A DNA stretch of 64,000 bases from Fimbriimonadia bacterium (lineage in GTDB: Bacteria; Armatimonadota; Fimbriimonadia; Fimbriimonadales; JABRVX01): assembly GCA_041483895.1 (NCBI GenBank), contig JBGPGO010000001.1, positions 32,001 through 96,000 on the forward strand, in the 5' to 3' direction. A program made the translations under genes and the position numbers. Numbering within the stretch: position 1 is the stretch's first letter; each line of letters begins with the position of its first letter. The notes under the pieces are model-generated. The model searched no databases. It was not told the DNA's origin and saw only the letters and a program-made list of their open reading frames with translations. Of this stretch, positions 37,548-46,228 are shown one piece after another.

Positions 37548-38613
37548 CGCGGCGGCGGCGACGGCGGGCGAGGACGAACGCGATGACCTCAGCAACGGCC
37601 GCGTAGAGCTTCTCCGGCACCATGTCCCCAACCTCGCAAAGTTTGTAGAGGGATTTGGCTAAAGGAGGGTTTTGGACGATGGGGACGCGCCATATCTCCG
37701 CCTCCTGCCGAATCCGTTGCGCCATCAGGTCCTGGCCCTTGGCGACTACTTGCGGGGCCGACATCTTGTCGTTGTCATATTTAAGGGCGATTGCGAAGTG
37801 CGTTGGGTTCGTGACAATTGCGTCGGCAGTTTTGACGGCGGACATCATGCGCTGACGGGCGAGCTGGGCGCGCCTGCGTGCCAATGCCATGCGGATCTCC
37901 GGCCCCTGCTCCGATTCCTTCATCTCGCGCTTGACCTCTTCCTTGCTCATTTTAAGCTGCTTTTCCACCTGGTGCTTTTGAAAGATGTAGTCCATGATCG
38001 CGATCACAAACCACACGACACCCACGCGGACCATGATGCTGGTAATCAGACCTCCCACCACGGAGATCGCGGCAACTGTCTCCAGCGTCCCGATTCCCTG
38101 AATCACATCCGCACGGTCTCGAATCGTCACGAAGGCGATGTAGCCGATCAGAAAGGTCTTGAGCGACGCCTTGACCGCCTCTACCACCGCGCGGCTGCTA
38201 AGGAGCCGCTTCGATCCCTGCAACGGATCGATCCGGGATAGCTGCGGCTGCAATACCTCGATCGATGGAGCAAAGCCGACTTGCAGGAAGTTGATCACCA
38301 GTCCAATGACCACTCCCACGAATAGCAACGGGAGCATCGCCCAGCCAACCGGGATCAGCTCGCGGACCAGATGCGTCAGCAGGTCGTTGATAGAGAGCGT
38401 TCCTGTGCCGGCGGAGCCGAACGCGGTGCGCGTATAGGTCATCAGAGCGAGCACGAGCGGCAGGCCGATTGCGGGAAACAGGAGCACGAACGCCAAGAAG
38501 CTGACGGACGCGGAAAGGTCCGGCGTGCGCGCTACGGTGCCCTTCTTGCGTGCGTCCCTGCGCCTCTTTGGGGTCGCATCCTCGGTCCGTTCCCCGGCGG
38601 TCTCCTCCGGCAT
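37540..38613 (-). CDS. flhB: Flagellar export protein FlhB
   Basis: ERTEDATPKR...ARKKG, KMSKEEVKRE.K, NPTH autocleavage motif, VAKG.D. Confidence 0.95.
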   Translation of the reverse strand: MPEETAGERTEDATPKRRRDARKKGTVARTPDLSASVSFLAFVLLFPAIGLPLVLALMTYTRTAFGSAGTGTLSINDLLTHLVRELIPVGWAMLPLLFVGVVIGLVINFLQVGFAPSIEVLQPQLSRIDPLQGSKRLLSSRAVVEAVKASLKTFLIGYIAFVTIRDRADVIQGIGTLETVAAISVVGGLITSIMVRVGVVWFVIAIMDYIFQKHQVEKQLKMSKEEVKREMKESEQGPEIRMALARRRAQLARQRMMSAVKTADAIVTNPTHFAIALKYDNDKMSAPQVVAKGQDLMAQRIRQEAEIWRVPIVQNPPLAKSLYKLCEVGDMVPEKLYAAVAEVIAFVLARRRRRRAR

Positions 38614-38616
38614 CTC

Positions 38617-39375
38617 TTACCCTCCCTTCACGAATGTCAGCACGGCGTTGCTGCTGATCTCCAGACTCATACGAACGCCCCACAACAGGACGGGCAGACC
38701 GATGATCACTCCCATCAAGCCGAAAACGATTTTCACCGGAAAGCCGACGACAAGGACGTGCATCTGGGGCACCGCGCGGGCGACCGCCGCCAATCCGGCG
38801 TCGGTGATGAATGCTACCGCTGCGGCGGGAGCGGCAATCTGCATTGCCAGTATCATCAGCTTGATCGTTACCTCAACCACCATCGTCTTCATTCCCGGAA
38901 GGGTCGCCATGCCGATCGCGGGCGATAGCTGGTAGCTCGCGACGAGGGCCTTGAATGCCACGTGATGACCATTGATCACAAGGAACAGGACCATGGCGAC
39001 ATAGCCCTTGAACTGCGCCATGATCGATACAGGAAAACCGGTCGGATTCAAGAGCCGCATGATGCCAAAACCGATTTGCGTGTCGATGAAATGTCCCGCA
39101 GTCTGCGTTGAGATCACCACCGCCTGCAAAAGCGAACCGATGACGATGCCGATCACAGCCTCCCGCGTCAGGGCCGCCACCAACCCGAACAGCGTCTCCG
39201 GCGGCACCCCAACCTTGGACTGTATCACGGGGGCAAGCGCAAGCGCCGTCGTCAGCGACATCCAGACTCGGACGCGCGACGGAATGCCGAAACCGCCCAT
39301 CACAGGAGACGCGAGAACCAGGGCCCCCGTTCGGACGGTCAGCAAGAGAAACGCATATCCGAAGGCCGCCGTCAT
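38617..39375 (-). CDS. fliR: Flagellar export protein FliR
   Basis: Hydrophobic protein; AG..ID.Q.GF, NGHH, RAVPQ..V..VGFP.K. Confidence 0.92.
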   Translation of the reverse strand: MTAAFGYAFLLLTVRTGALVLASPVMGGFGIPSRVRVWMSLTTALALAPVIQSKVGVPPETLFGLVAALTREAVIGIVIGSLLQAVVISTQTAGHFIDTQIGFGIMRLLNPTGFPVSIMAQFKGYVAMVLFLVINGHHVAFKALVASYQLSPAIGMATLPGMKTMVVEVTIKLMILAMQIAAPAAAVAFITDAGLAAVARAVPQMHVLVVGFPVKIVFGLMGVIIGLPVLLWGVRMSLEISSNAVLTFVKGG

Positions 39376-39641
39376 TTAGTCAGCTGAGTTACCTGCGTAA
39401 ATGTGTCTTTGGTGAAAAAGACGGCTTTGGACAGCATCCAGTGGCCGAAAACGGCCAGCACGGCAACCGCGGCCAACATTTTCGGAACATAAGACAAGGT
39501 GACCTCTTGGACCTGAGTGACAGCTTGGAAAACGCTCACTGCGACGCCGATCACCAACCCCGCGATCAGAATTGGGAGACTGAGCATGAGCGCGGTGAGT
39601 AGGGCGTCGCGCCCGATCTGCAAAACATTCGCTTCCGTCAT
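39372..39641 (-). CDS. fliQ: Flagellar export protein FliQ
   Basis: Start MTEANV (ATGA overlap with fliP); SVFQAVTQVQE.TLSYVPK. Confidence 0.95.
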   Translation of the reverse strand: MTEANVLQIGRDALLTALMLSLPILIAGLVIGVAVSVFQAVTQVQEVTLSYVPKMLAAVAVLAVFGHWMLSKAVFFTKDTFTQVTQLTK

Positions 39642-40396
39642 CGAAAACCTCCAACCAGGGTTTGAATTAAGATCGCCCACCCATCGGCTAGTATAAATAC
39701 CAATATCTTCGCGGGCAGGGACACGACAGTAGGGGGCATCATCATCATGCCCATGCTCATCAGGGTGCTCGCCACCACCAAGTCAACAACCAGGAAGGGG
39801 ACGTAAATGTAAAACCCGATCATAAAGGCGGTTTTCATCTCGCTGATGATGAAGGCGGGGATAAGGGTGAGAATCGAAAGCTCGTCCTTCGTTTTTGGCG
39901 GCGGCTCATTTCTCAGACCGAGGAACAGCTTGAGGTCCGTCGTGTAGGTCTGGCGCAGCATGAAGTCCTTCATCGGCGCTTGCGCGCGTTTGAAGCCCTC
40001 CTCGAACGATATCTTTTTGGCGAAGTAGGGTTCCAGAGCTTCCTTGTGAATGCGGTCGAACGTCGGTGCCATGATGAACGTCGTGAGGAACAAGCTCAGG
40101 CCGACAAGAAGCTGATTGGGCGGAATGTTCTGCGTACCGAGCGCCGTGCGGAGGAAGCTGAGGACGATGATGATTCGGGAGAACGCCGTCGTCATGATCA
40201 GCAACGCGGGCGCGACGGAGAGAACGGTGAGCAGGACGAGGATTTGGAGGGAGGCCGAGATCTGGTCCGGATCCTTGGCTTTGTCGATTCCGATGGTGAT
40301 CTTTGGCAAGCTAACGTCCTGCGCGCCCGCCGCTGCTGTCAGCAACAGGAACGCGAGGATCATGATCCAGGTTATGGTCTTGCCGTTCAGACGCAA
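39638..40396 (-). CDS. fliP: Flagellar export protein FliP (start uncertain: TTG 40396 or ATG 40363)
   Basis: LLTVLS.AP..L.M.T.F.RI.IVL..LR.ALG.Q..PPNQ, PAF..SE.KTAF, MGMMM.PP, DGW. Confidence 0.95.
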   Translation of the reverse strand: MRLNGKTITWIMILAFLLLTAAAGAQDVSLPKITIGIDKAKDPDQISASLQILVLLTVLSVAPALLIMTTAFSRIIIVLSFLRTALGTQNIPPNQLLVGLSLFLTTFIMAPTFDRIHKEALEPYFAKKISFEEGFKRAQAPMKDFMLRQTYTTDLKLFLGLRNEPPPKTKDELSILTLIPAFIISEMKTAFMIGFYIYVPFLVVDLVVASTLMSMGMMMMPPTVVSLPAKILVFILADGWAILIQTLVGGFR

Positions 40397-40401
40397 GAAA
40401 A

Positions 40402-40439
40402 CCCCCACCCTAACCTTCCCCCGCAAGCGGGGGAGGGGA
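40402..40439. repeat. REP-like palindromic element
   Basis: cccccaccctaaccttcccccg-caag-cgggggagggga hairpin between fliO and fliP. Confidence 0.6.
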
Positions 40440-40466
40440 TTTGAGGACGTGTTTGATTCGTTAGTT

Positions 40467-40925
40467 TCATGCGATCAGATTGTCCAGCCGAGCCGCGGCG
40501 GCAGCGACCCGATGGCGCAGGTCGCCCGAATCCGGGGATGCGCTTTGTAGATGATCCGCAAACGCCGCGGTCGGCTCCTCCGTAAGTTCGGCGATAAGGG
40601 TCGCGCCGCTCGGGTTTGCGGAAACCAGGAAACGCCTGCCTTCCGCTTCAACGATCTGAAAGATTCCTGCGGTCTCGACGACGCGAAGCGATGCCGATGA
40701 GCCGGTGCGGATTCTTGGTTTCGATTTGAGCCACTTCGGCAAGAGCCACTTCACTGCCGATCCCACCAATATCGTCGCGCCCGCCATCTGCAGGAGATTG
40801 GTCCAGTCCGGATCGCTCTGGACCGGCTTGCCCACCGGGTCTGCCTTGGTGCCATCGAGCACGCTCCCCTGGGACCAACCGCAGACCGCCATCCCCATCG
40901 CGGCAAGGAGGATCCAAAGTCTCAA
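40467..40925 (-). CDS. fliO: FliO/FliZ-like flagellar protein
   Basis: Lies between fliN and fliP; TM segment followed by LRVVE...IVEAEGRRFLV...TLIAEL. Confidence 0.65.
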   Translation of the reverse strand: MRLWILLAAMGMAVCGWSQGSVLDGTKADPVGKPVQSDPDWTNLLQMAGATILVGSAVKWLLPKWLKSKPRIRTGSSASLRVVETAGIFQIVEAEGRRFLVSANPSGATLIAELTEEPTAAFADHLQSASPDSGDLRHRVAAAAARLDNLIA

Positions 40926-41845
40926 TCGCGCTCTCCCAGTTTCTTCAGGCGCTCGATCGGCGTTAGAATCTCCGTGACGCGAATCCCAAAGTTGTCTTCG
41001 ATCACGACGACTTCGCCACGGGCCACGACGCGGCCGTTCACCAAGACATCGACCGGCTCGCCGGCGGCCCGATCCAATTCGACAATGGAACCCGCGCCCA
41101 GATCGACAACCTCCTTGACCTGCATGCGCACGCGGCCCAGCTCGACGCTGATATCGAGGGGAATGTCCAGAAGTATTTCTAGGCTCGGGTCGATTCCGGG
41201 CGCCATCTCCGGCTGGAGCGCGGAGCTTCCGTCCGTCGGATAGTTGGTGGAACCGCCGGAAAAGGTCTCAAACAGAACATCATCTTCGTCCGAATCTTGG
41301 GCGCCAATGATATCGTTGAGATTGACCGCATCGAACAGCCAAATAATCGTTCCTTCCGCGTCTCCAAGCTTCCATTTCGCCTCCGCCCGGACAACCGCTT
41401 CGGCATTCCGGAGGTTTTCCGGATAGTTGTACATCGCGTGGCGAACGGTCGTTCCGCTCGCGATATACGGCTGGTGCCGCAGGTTGCTGATCCCAACGCA
41501 AAGGCCTTGCACAATCGATTCGAACTGACCCCGAAGCTGGCCCAGCAATTCATCGTCCAGTGATTCGACCTCCCGATCTAGCAGGCTGGAGGCCAAATCC
41601 AAGGCGGCATCGGCCGGAATCAAGACCGACTGCGTATGATCCGGCGCGCTGGCAAAGTGGAATTGGATGACAATCCCCTGAATCGCCAGCAGGCCGTACA
41701 TCTCCTCGGGATTTCCGAAGGTGATAACCGGTTCGCTGATGGCAAACGCCTGGCCGAACGCCTCGGTGACAGTTATCCCGACCGTCTGCCAGATGGTCTG
41801 CTGCTGCGCCTCTATCTTCTCGACTTGTGTTGCAATGCTTGGCAC
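40922..41845 (-). CDS. fliN: Flagellar switch protein FliN/FliY-like (CheC-like N-domain plus SpoA domain)
   Basis: LLDIPLDISVELGR...GSIVELDR.AGEPVDVLVNG..VARGEVVVI..NFGIRV. Confidence 0.88.
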   Translation of the reverse strand: MPSIATQVEKIEAQQQTIWQTVGITVTEAFGQAFAISEPVITFGNPEEMYGLLAIQGIVIQFHFASAPDHTQSVLIPADAALDLASSLLDREVESLDDELLGQLRGQFESIVQGLCVGISNLRHQPYIASGTTVRHAMYNYPENLRNAEAVVRAEAKWKLGDAEGTIIWLFDAVNLNDIIGAQDSDEDDVLFETFSGGSTNYPTDGSSALQPEMAPGIDPSLEILLDIPLDISVELGRVRMQVKEVVDLGAGSIVELDRAAGEPVDVLVNGRVVARGEVVVIEDNFGIRVTEILTPIERLKKLGERD

Positions 41846-42880
41846 TTAATCCCTCACTCGATCATGGATGTTGAAAATCACTTTTCGTCCCGCGATGGCG
41901 GGCCGGCCATGGAACTTTGGGATCCGATCGACGGTCAGCAGCATTTCGCTGCCCGTCTCCTGGTCCAGTTTCAGAATATCGCCGTGCCGCAAGCTGAGAA
42001 AATCGCGCACGTGCAGCCGGGTTGTTCCCAGTTGGACGGCGCACGGCACAGGAACCCGTTGTACGTGCCATGAGAGCAGGCTCTTCATCGCGGGACTGGT
42101 TCGCTTCGGGCCTGAGCTGAACCACTTGGTCGCGCTCAGTTTTGCCGTTACCGGCTTAAGGACCTGGTACGGGATGCACAGGCTCATCGCCCCGCGCTGG
42201 GATCCGACTCGGACTTCGAAGAGGATGGTGATGACGATGTCGTTAGGCGGCGCGACCTGCACGAATTGCGAGCTGGTCTCTATCCCCTCAACTCCTGGAC
42301 TGATCATGATGATACTTTCCCATGCGGATTTCAGCGCGCCGAAGAATCGCTCCAACACCTGCGTCACCAATGGCCGTTCGATGTCGGTCAGAGTCGAGCG
42401 GTCGAACCCGCGACCCGTTCCTCCGAGAAGGCGGTCAAGAATAGTAAAGACCAAAGAAAACTCCAACTCGAAAACCGCCTGGCCATTGAGCGGCGCAAGG
42501 CTGATGATGGCGAAAACCGACTTGTTGATGGAAAGCAGGTATTCCTCGTAGGGCACCTGTTCCAGAGAAATCATCTCTACCTGCGCGGGACTCCGAAGAT
42601 AGGCGGATAGGCTGGAGGTGGCAAGCCGTCCGAAGGTCTCGTGGAGCATTTGCAGGGTACGCAGCTGGTCTTTGGCGAATTTGTCCGGCCGCCGGAAGTC
42701 ATAGACCTCGTACGCGATTGTGCGCTTGGAGTTCGGGGCCGCCGCAAAATCCCCCGGGGTTCCCTGCCCAGACGCGCCAACACCGGCGGGAGCTGAGTCC
42801 CCGACGGACTCCTCTCCACCGCTGGTCTGCAATTCGGCAAGCAGGGCCTCTATCTCGGCCTGAGATAGGATTTCCGACAA
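41846..42880 (-). CDS. fliM: Flagellar motor switch protein FliM
   Basis: MSEILSQAEIEALL, YDFRRPDKF.KDQLRTL, LLGG.G, LT.IE, CIPY. Confidence 0.96.
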   Translation of the reverse strand: MSEILSQAEIEALLAELQTSGGEESVGDSAPAGVGASGQGTPGDFAAAPNSKRTIAYEVYDFRRPDKFAKDQLRTLQMLHETFGRLATSSLSAYLRSPAQVEMISLEQVPYEEYLLSINKSVFAIISLAPLNGQAVFELEFSLVFTILDRLLGGTGRGFDRSTLTDIERPLVTQVLERFFGALKSAWESIIMISPGVEGIETSSQFVQVAPPNDIVITILFEVRVGSQRGAMSLCIPYQVLKPVTAKLSATKWFSSGPKRTSPAMKSLLSWHVQRVPVPCAVQLGTTRLHVRDFLSLRHGDILKLDQETGSEMLLTVDRIPKFHGRPAIAGRKVIFNIHDRVRD

Positions 42881-42925
42881 GTCGCTCCTCCGGAGGCAGC
42901 CGTCCGCCGCCGGCCGAGCCTGTCT

Positions 42926-43480
42926 CTACATCCAGGCAAAGGAGGTTATGTAAACCTCCAGCACCGGTCCCGTGGGGTGGTAGGAACCGGAACCATCTTC
43001 GGTCGACTTCAGAGTCTTGGCGTGCTCCTCGGATTGATTATCGGCACCCGGCTCATGTTCGCCGAGGATTGTGTTCAAGGCGTCCTTTATCTCGGACTTG
43101 ATCTTCTCTTTGCCGGCCAAATCCTTAACATCTTGGGTTGATTTGGAGGTAAGTGTCATTACTATCGCATCTTTAATCGCCGGCATCTTCTCTTCGGCTT
43201 CCTTGGCATATTTCGCGTCGGCAACGCCAAAGGCAAATTGGCATTTCAGGAAGCTCGTGGTATTTGCCAGGTTCACGATCATTTCGTCGATCGGAACGAT
43301 TGCCACGACCTTTGGCGGAGGCGGCTTGGCCTTGTGCCCCATCTTCGTCTTGGCAAAGAAACCCCCGCCCCCAAGGACAAGGACCAACGCCAGGATCAGC
43401 GGAAGCTTGCCTTTCCCTTTGCCCTTCTTCTTGGTCTTCTTCTCTTCGCCGCCCTCAGCGGGCTTTGGTTCGTCCGGCAT
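42926..43480 (-). CDS. fliL: Flagellar basal body protein FliL
   Basis: Basic N-terminus plus TM, IVNLA, IKDAI...L..K, GKE.IK.EI...LN, V..VYITSF. Confidence 0.9.
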   Translation of the reverse strand: MPDEPKPAEGGEEKKTKKKGKGKGKLPLILALVLVLGGGGFFAKTKMGHKAKPPPPKVVAIVPIDEMIVNLANTTSFLKCQFAFGVADAKYAKEAEEKMPAIKDAIVMTLTSKSTQDVKDLAGKEKIKSEIKDALNTILGEHEPGADNQSEEHAKTLKSTEDGSGSYHPTGPVLEVYITSFAWM

Positions 43481-43560
43481 ACCCCATCCATTCCATAGCG
43501 GGCTGCGATTCTGCCCATTAAATTACAGAAGCACCGCTGCCCGGCAAACCTGCGGGATTC

Positions 43561-43590
43561 CGCCGGGGCCTTCGGATGAAGGCCCCGGCG
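43561..43590. terminator. Perfect 13-bp GC-rich hairpin just 3' of flgE (terminator or mRNA stabiliser)
   Basis: cgccggggccttc-ggat-gaaggccccggcg; no U-tract on the flgE strand. Confidence 0.6.
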
Positions 43591-43602
43591 CTAATCAATC
43601 CC

Positions 43603-44889
43603 CTATCGCTTGATGTTCAGAAGGTCCTGGAGCATCTCGTCGACGGTGGTAACCACCTTCGTATTGGCCTGGAAGCCTCGCTGCGTCACGATGAGCTCCG
43701 TGAACTCGGTCCCAATGTCCACGTTCGACTCTTCCAAGAAGCCGGCGTTGACGGATCCCCTCCCTTTCGTTCCGGGAGTGCCATAGATCGGGATGCCGGA
43801 ATTGTCCGTTTCCCGAGCGAGATTGGAGCCAATCTTTTCGAGTCCGGCTGCGTTCGGAAAGATGGCAAGAGCGATCTGTCCCAACGAGCGCGTAAGTCCG
43901 TTGGTGAAGATGCCCGTTATTCCTCCTCCGGAATCGATGTTGAATCCACTTAGCGATCCGGGCGGAAATCCGTCCTGATCTTTCGGAGTGATCTGCGTGT
44001 CGGTCGCCAAGCTCGAAATCTTGGTGAAATCGAGCGCGACCGACATTACGTTGGCGCCGTTCGAAGGCGTAAGGGCCAGCGTTTGCGTAGCGGGAATAGC
44101 ACCGCCGGTGATCATGTTCCCGGTCGAGTCGAAATACAACCGAGTGTTGCCCGCGCTGGCAAAGTCCGAGAGAGCTGTCCCTCCCTCCGATGCGCTCCAA
44201 TCCAGCGATGCTACTGCTCCCGCCGGCGGTACGCCGAGGGGCGGTTTTTGGAGATTTGTAAACACCGCGTCGATCGTATGGGCGGCCCCCAGGGAATCGA
44301 AGATTTGGATCGATGAGGTCCACGTGTCCGCCGCTACGGACGACGCGGAGAAGTTCCCCGCGTAGGAGGCGTTTTGAGTTTCCCTCACGGCGCTCAACTG
44401 GCCAATCGGGACCTGAAGAGAGCTCGCCGTGGTTATTGGCGTCGTAGTGTCCACTATGCCGGATCCGTTGGCGGACCATCCCAGCAGCCGTTCGCCTGTG
44501 CCGCGTTGGACCAGATTGCCGTTCGCGTCGAAGTCGAAGGCGCCGTCTCGCGTGTAGGCGACACGTTCTCCGTTCGAGACGAGGAAGTATCCGCCGCCTT
44601 GGATCGCAAGATCCGTATTGCGGTTTGTGGAGCTGAGGCTGCCTTGGACTTCGTTATTGGCAGTGCCTGCTACAACTACGCCGAGGCCGAATTGCAATGG
44701 GTTGGAGCCGCCGATCGCCGCAGTCGGGCGCTTGGCGCCTTGTACGGTTTGCGACAGCATGTCCTGGAACGTAACCCGCGACGCCTTGTAGCCGACTGTA
44801 TTGACGTTGGCCAGGTTATTTCCAATGACGTTGATGCGCGTCTGTTGAGCCTTCACGCTGGCGACGCTTGCCAGCAGCGCTTGAAGCAT
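43603..44889 (-). CDS. flgE: Flagellar hook protein FlgE
   Basis: GNNLANVNTVGYK, DLAIQG.GYF, YTRDG.F, FDSLG..H, LE.SNVD...E...LI..QR.FQAN. Confidence 0.95.
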   Translation of the reverse strand: MLQALLASVASVKAQQTRINVIGNNLANVNTVGYKASRVTFQDMLSQTVQGAKRPTAAIGGSNPLQFGLGVVVAGTANNEVQGSLSSTNRNTDLAIQGGGYFLVSNGERVAYTRDGAFDFDANGNLVQRGTGERLLGWSANGSGIVDTTTPITTASSLQVPIGQLSAVRETQNASYAGNFSASSVAADTWTSSIQIFDSLGAAHTIDAVFTNLQKPPLGVPPAGAVASLDWSASEGGTALSDFASAGNTRLYFDSTGNMITGGAIPATQTLALTPSNGANVMSVALDFTKISSLATDTQITPKDQDGFPPGSLSGFNIDSGGGITGIFTNGLTRSLGQIALAIFPNAAGLEKIGSNLARETDNSGIPIYGTPGTKGRGSVNAGFLEESNVDIGTEFTELIVTQRGFQANTKVVTTVDEMLQDLLNIKR

Positions 44890-44997
44890 TCGTTTTTCCT
44901 CCGCTTCAGCGCGTGCGATCGCTCCGCTATTCCCTGCGAGAAGACCTCCGAGCGACCGCTTGCGGCAGCCGCCCGGTCCAGTCAGAAACTCCGTGTT
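44890..44997 (-). promoter_or_regulatory. Putative structured RNA element in the flgE leader
   Basis: Sense strand GGACC-GGGCGGCTGC-CGCAA-GCGGTCGCTC-GGA-GGTC forms a 10-bp stem extended past a GGA bulge; six GGA motifs including the SD. Confidence 0.4.
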
Positions 44998-45381
44998 CTA
45001 AACAATCACCGCACTGTCAATGTTTGTGAATAGGTTCTGCTTGAGGTTATCTTTGTCGACCGCCGTGATGACCGTCCGATTCTTGACGCTCACGACGAGG
45101 GCGACATCATTGACTAGGATCAGCGATTCTTTTGCGCCTTTCGACGCCGCCATATCCACCGCATCGGTGACTCGTTTCCAGTCCTCGCTGTTCAGGTCGA
45201 TGTTTCGACCGCGCAGGCGGGTCTGGGCGTGGCCGGAGAGCTTGAGCTGCTCCTGACGCAGTGCCTCGGGAAAGCCGGGGGCGGTTGTCCGCGGCGCTTG
45301 GCCTGGCTTGGCCGGCGCGGCCGGCGATATGGGTCCAATGATCTTTTTTATCTCTGGCATTCCGTTGATCCTATCGGTCAA
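44998..45381 (-). CDS. Flagellar operon protein, TIGR02530 family
   Basis: LKLSGHAQTRL..R.I...A..KG.KESLIL....ALVVSVKNRTVITAVD.....NLFTNIDSAV. Confidence 0.9.
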   Translation of the reverse strand: MTDRINGMPEIKKIIGPISPAAPAKPGQAPRTTAPGFPEALRQEQLKLSGHAQTRLRGRNIDLNSEDWKRVTDAVDMAASKGAKESLILVNDVALVVSVKNRTVITAVDKDNLKQNLFTNIDSAVIV

Positions 45382-45394
45382 GGTTGGGTCGGGG

Positions 45395-45417
45395 CGCAGG
45401 CTAAAGCCTTCGGCTAC
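45395..45417 (-). repeat. GTAG-type REP-like palindrome
   Basis: Minus strand GTAGCCGAAGGCTTTAGCCTGCG in the flgD-TIGR02530 gap. Confidence 0.45.
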
Positions 45418-45426
45418 CGAAGGTGA

Positions 45427-45813
45427 TTAGACCTTTGGCATGACGCCATAGTCCGTCTTAACGCCGCTCGCTGGAATTTGGTCCGTTCCAACGGTAAGCA
45501 GGACGGAATTGCCGTCAAACGTCAGCTTCGAAACGACGCCGTTGTGAAGGGCGCCATTGCCATCGAGGTAGTCCACGGTATGTCCAAGCATCCCTTGCGC
45601 CCGCGACATCTCTGTCGCCGCGCGCATCTCGTCGATGCCCTGAATGTTGCCCATCGTGGCGATCTGTTGGAACAGTTGGTTGTCGTCCATCGGCTGCAGC
45701 GGGTTTTGACCCGCAAGCTGCGTGACCAGCAGTTGCATGAAATCCTGCTGAGTCAGGCCCTTGTTCGTCGTGGTCTGCGCCACCGCGCCGGGAGTCACTG
45801 AATCAATCCGCAT
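45427..45813 (-). CDS. flgD: Flagellar hook capping protein FlgD
   Basis: L.QQDFMQLLVTQL..QNPLQPMD...QQ.A, A..M.G..V. Confidence 0.92.
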   Translation of the reverse strand: MRIDSVTPGAVAQTTTNKGLTQQDFMQLLVTQLAGQNPLQPMDDNQLFQQIATMGNIQGIDEMRAATEMSRAQGMLGHTVDYLDGNGALHNGVVSKLTFDGNSVLLTVGTDQIPASGVKTDYGVMPKV

Positions 45814-45816
45814 CAG

Positions 45817-46224
45817 TTATGCCTCCATATCCACAGCTCTGGAATAAAGCGATACGAGTCTTGGCCAAATTGCCGTCTCCAGCGTCTCGTCGAGACGCTG
45901 GATCGTCGGCATCGAGGCCGGGATGGGTTGCTGTTGTTGCCGCTGCTGCTGATGCGCCTGAGGCTGCGCGTGGGAAGAAACATCGAACGAAGACAACTGC
46001 AGACCGCGTGTACTTAGTTGGTCTGACAGCTCCGCCCGATGCGTTTCCAGCGCGGATCGCACCCAGTCGTTTGCCGCCACCATTGTCGCCTCCACTCGAT
46101 GGCCTCGCGACCGGACGGTAAGATCGATTGAGCCAAGCTCCTGCGGTTCCAGACGAATGGTCACCGTGCGAACGGGAACCATGTCTTTTAGTTCCTCAAT
46201 CTTCTCAGCAATGCGGCTTATCAT
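45817..46224 (-). CDS. fliK: FliK C-terminal substrate-specificity-switch domain, probably the frameshifted end of fliK
   Basis: IRLEPQELGSIDLTV...VRSALE....L...L..RGL; this frame stays open upstream to 46275. Confidence 0.8.
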   Translation of the reverse strand: MISRIAEKIEELKDMVPVRTVTIRLEPQELGSIDLTVRSRGHRVEATMVAANDWVRSALETHRAELSDQLSTRGLQLSSFDVSSHAQPQAHQQQRQQQQPIPASMPTIQRLDETLETAIWPRLVSLYSRAVDMEA

Positions 46225-46228
46225 GGCT

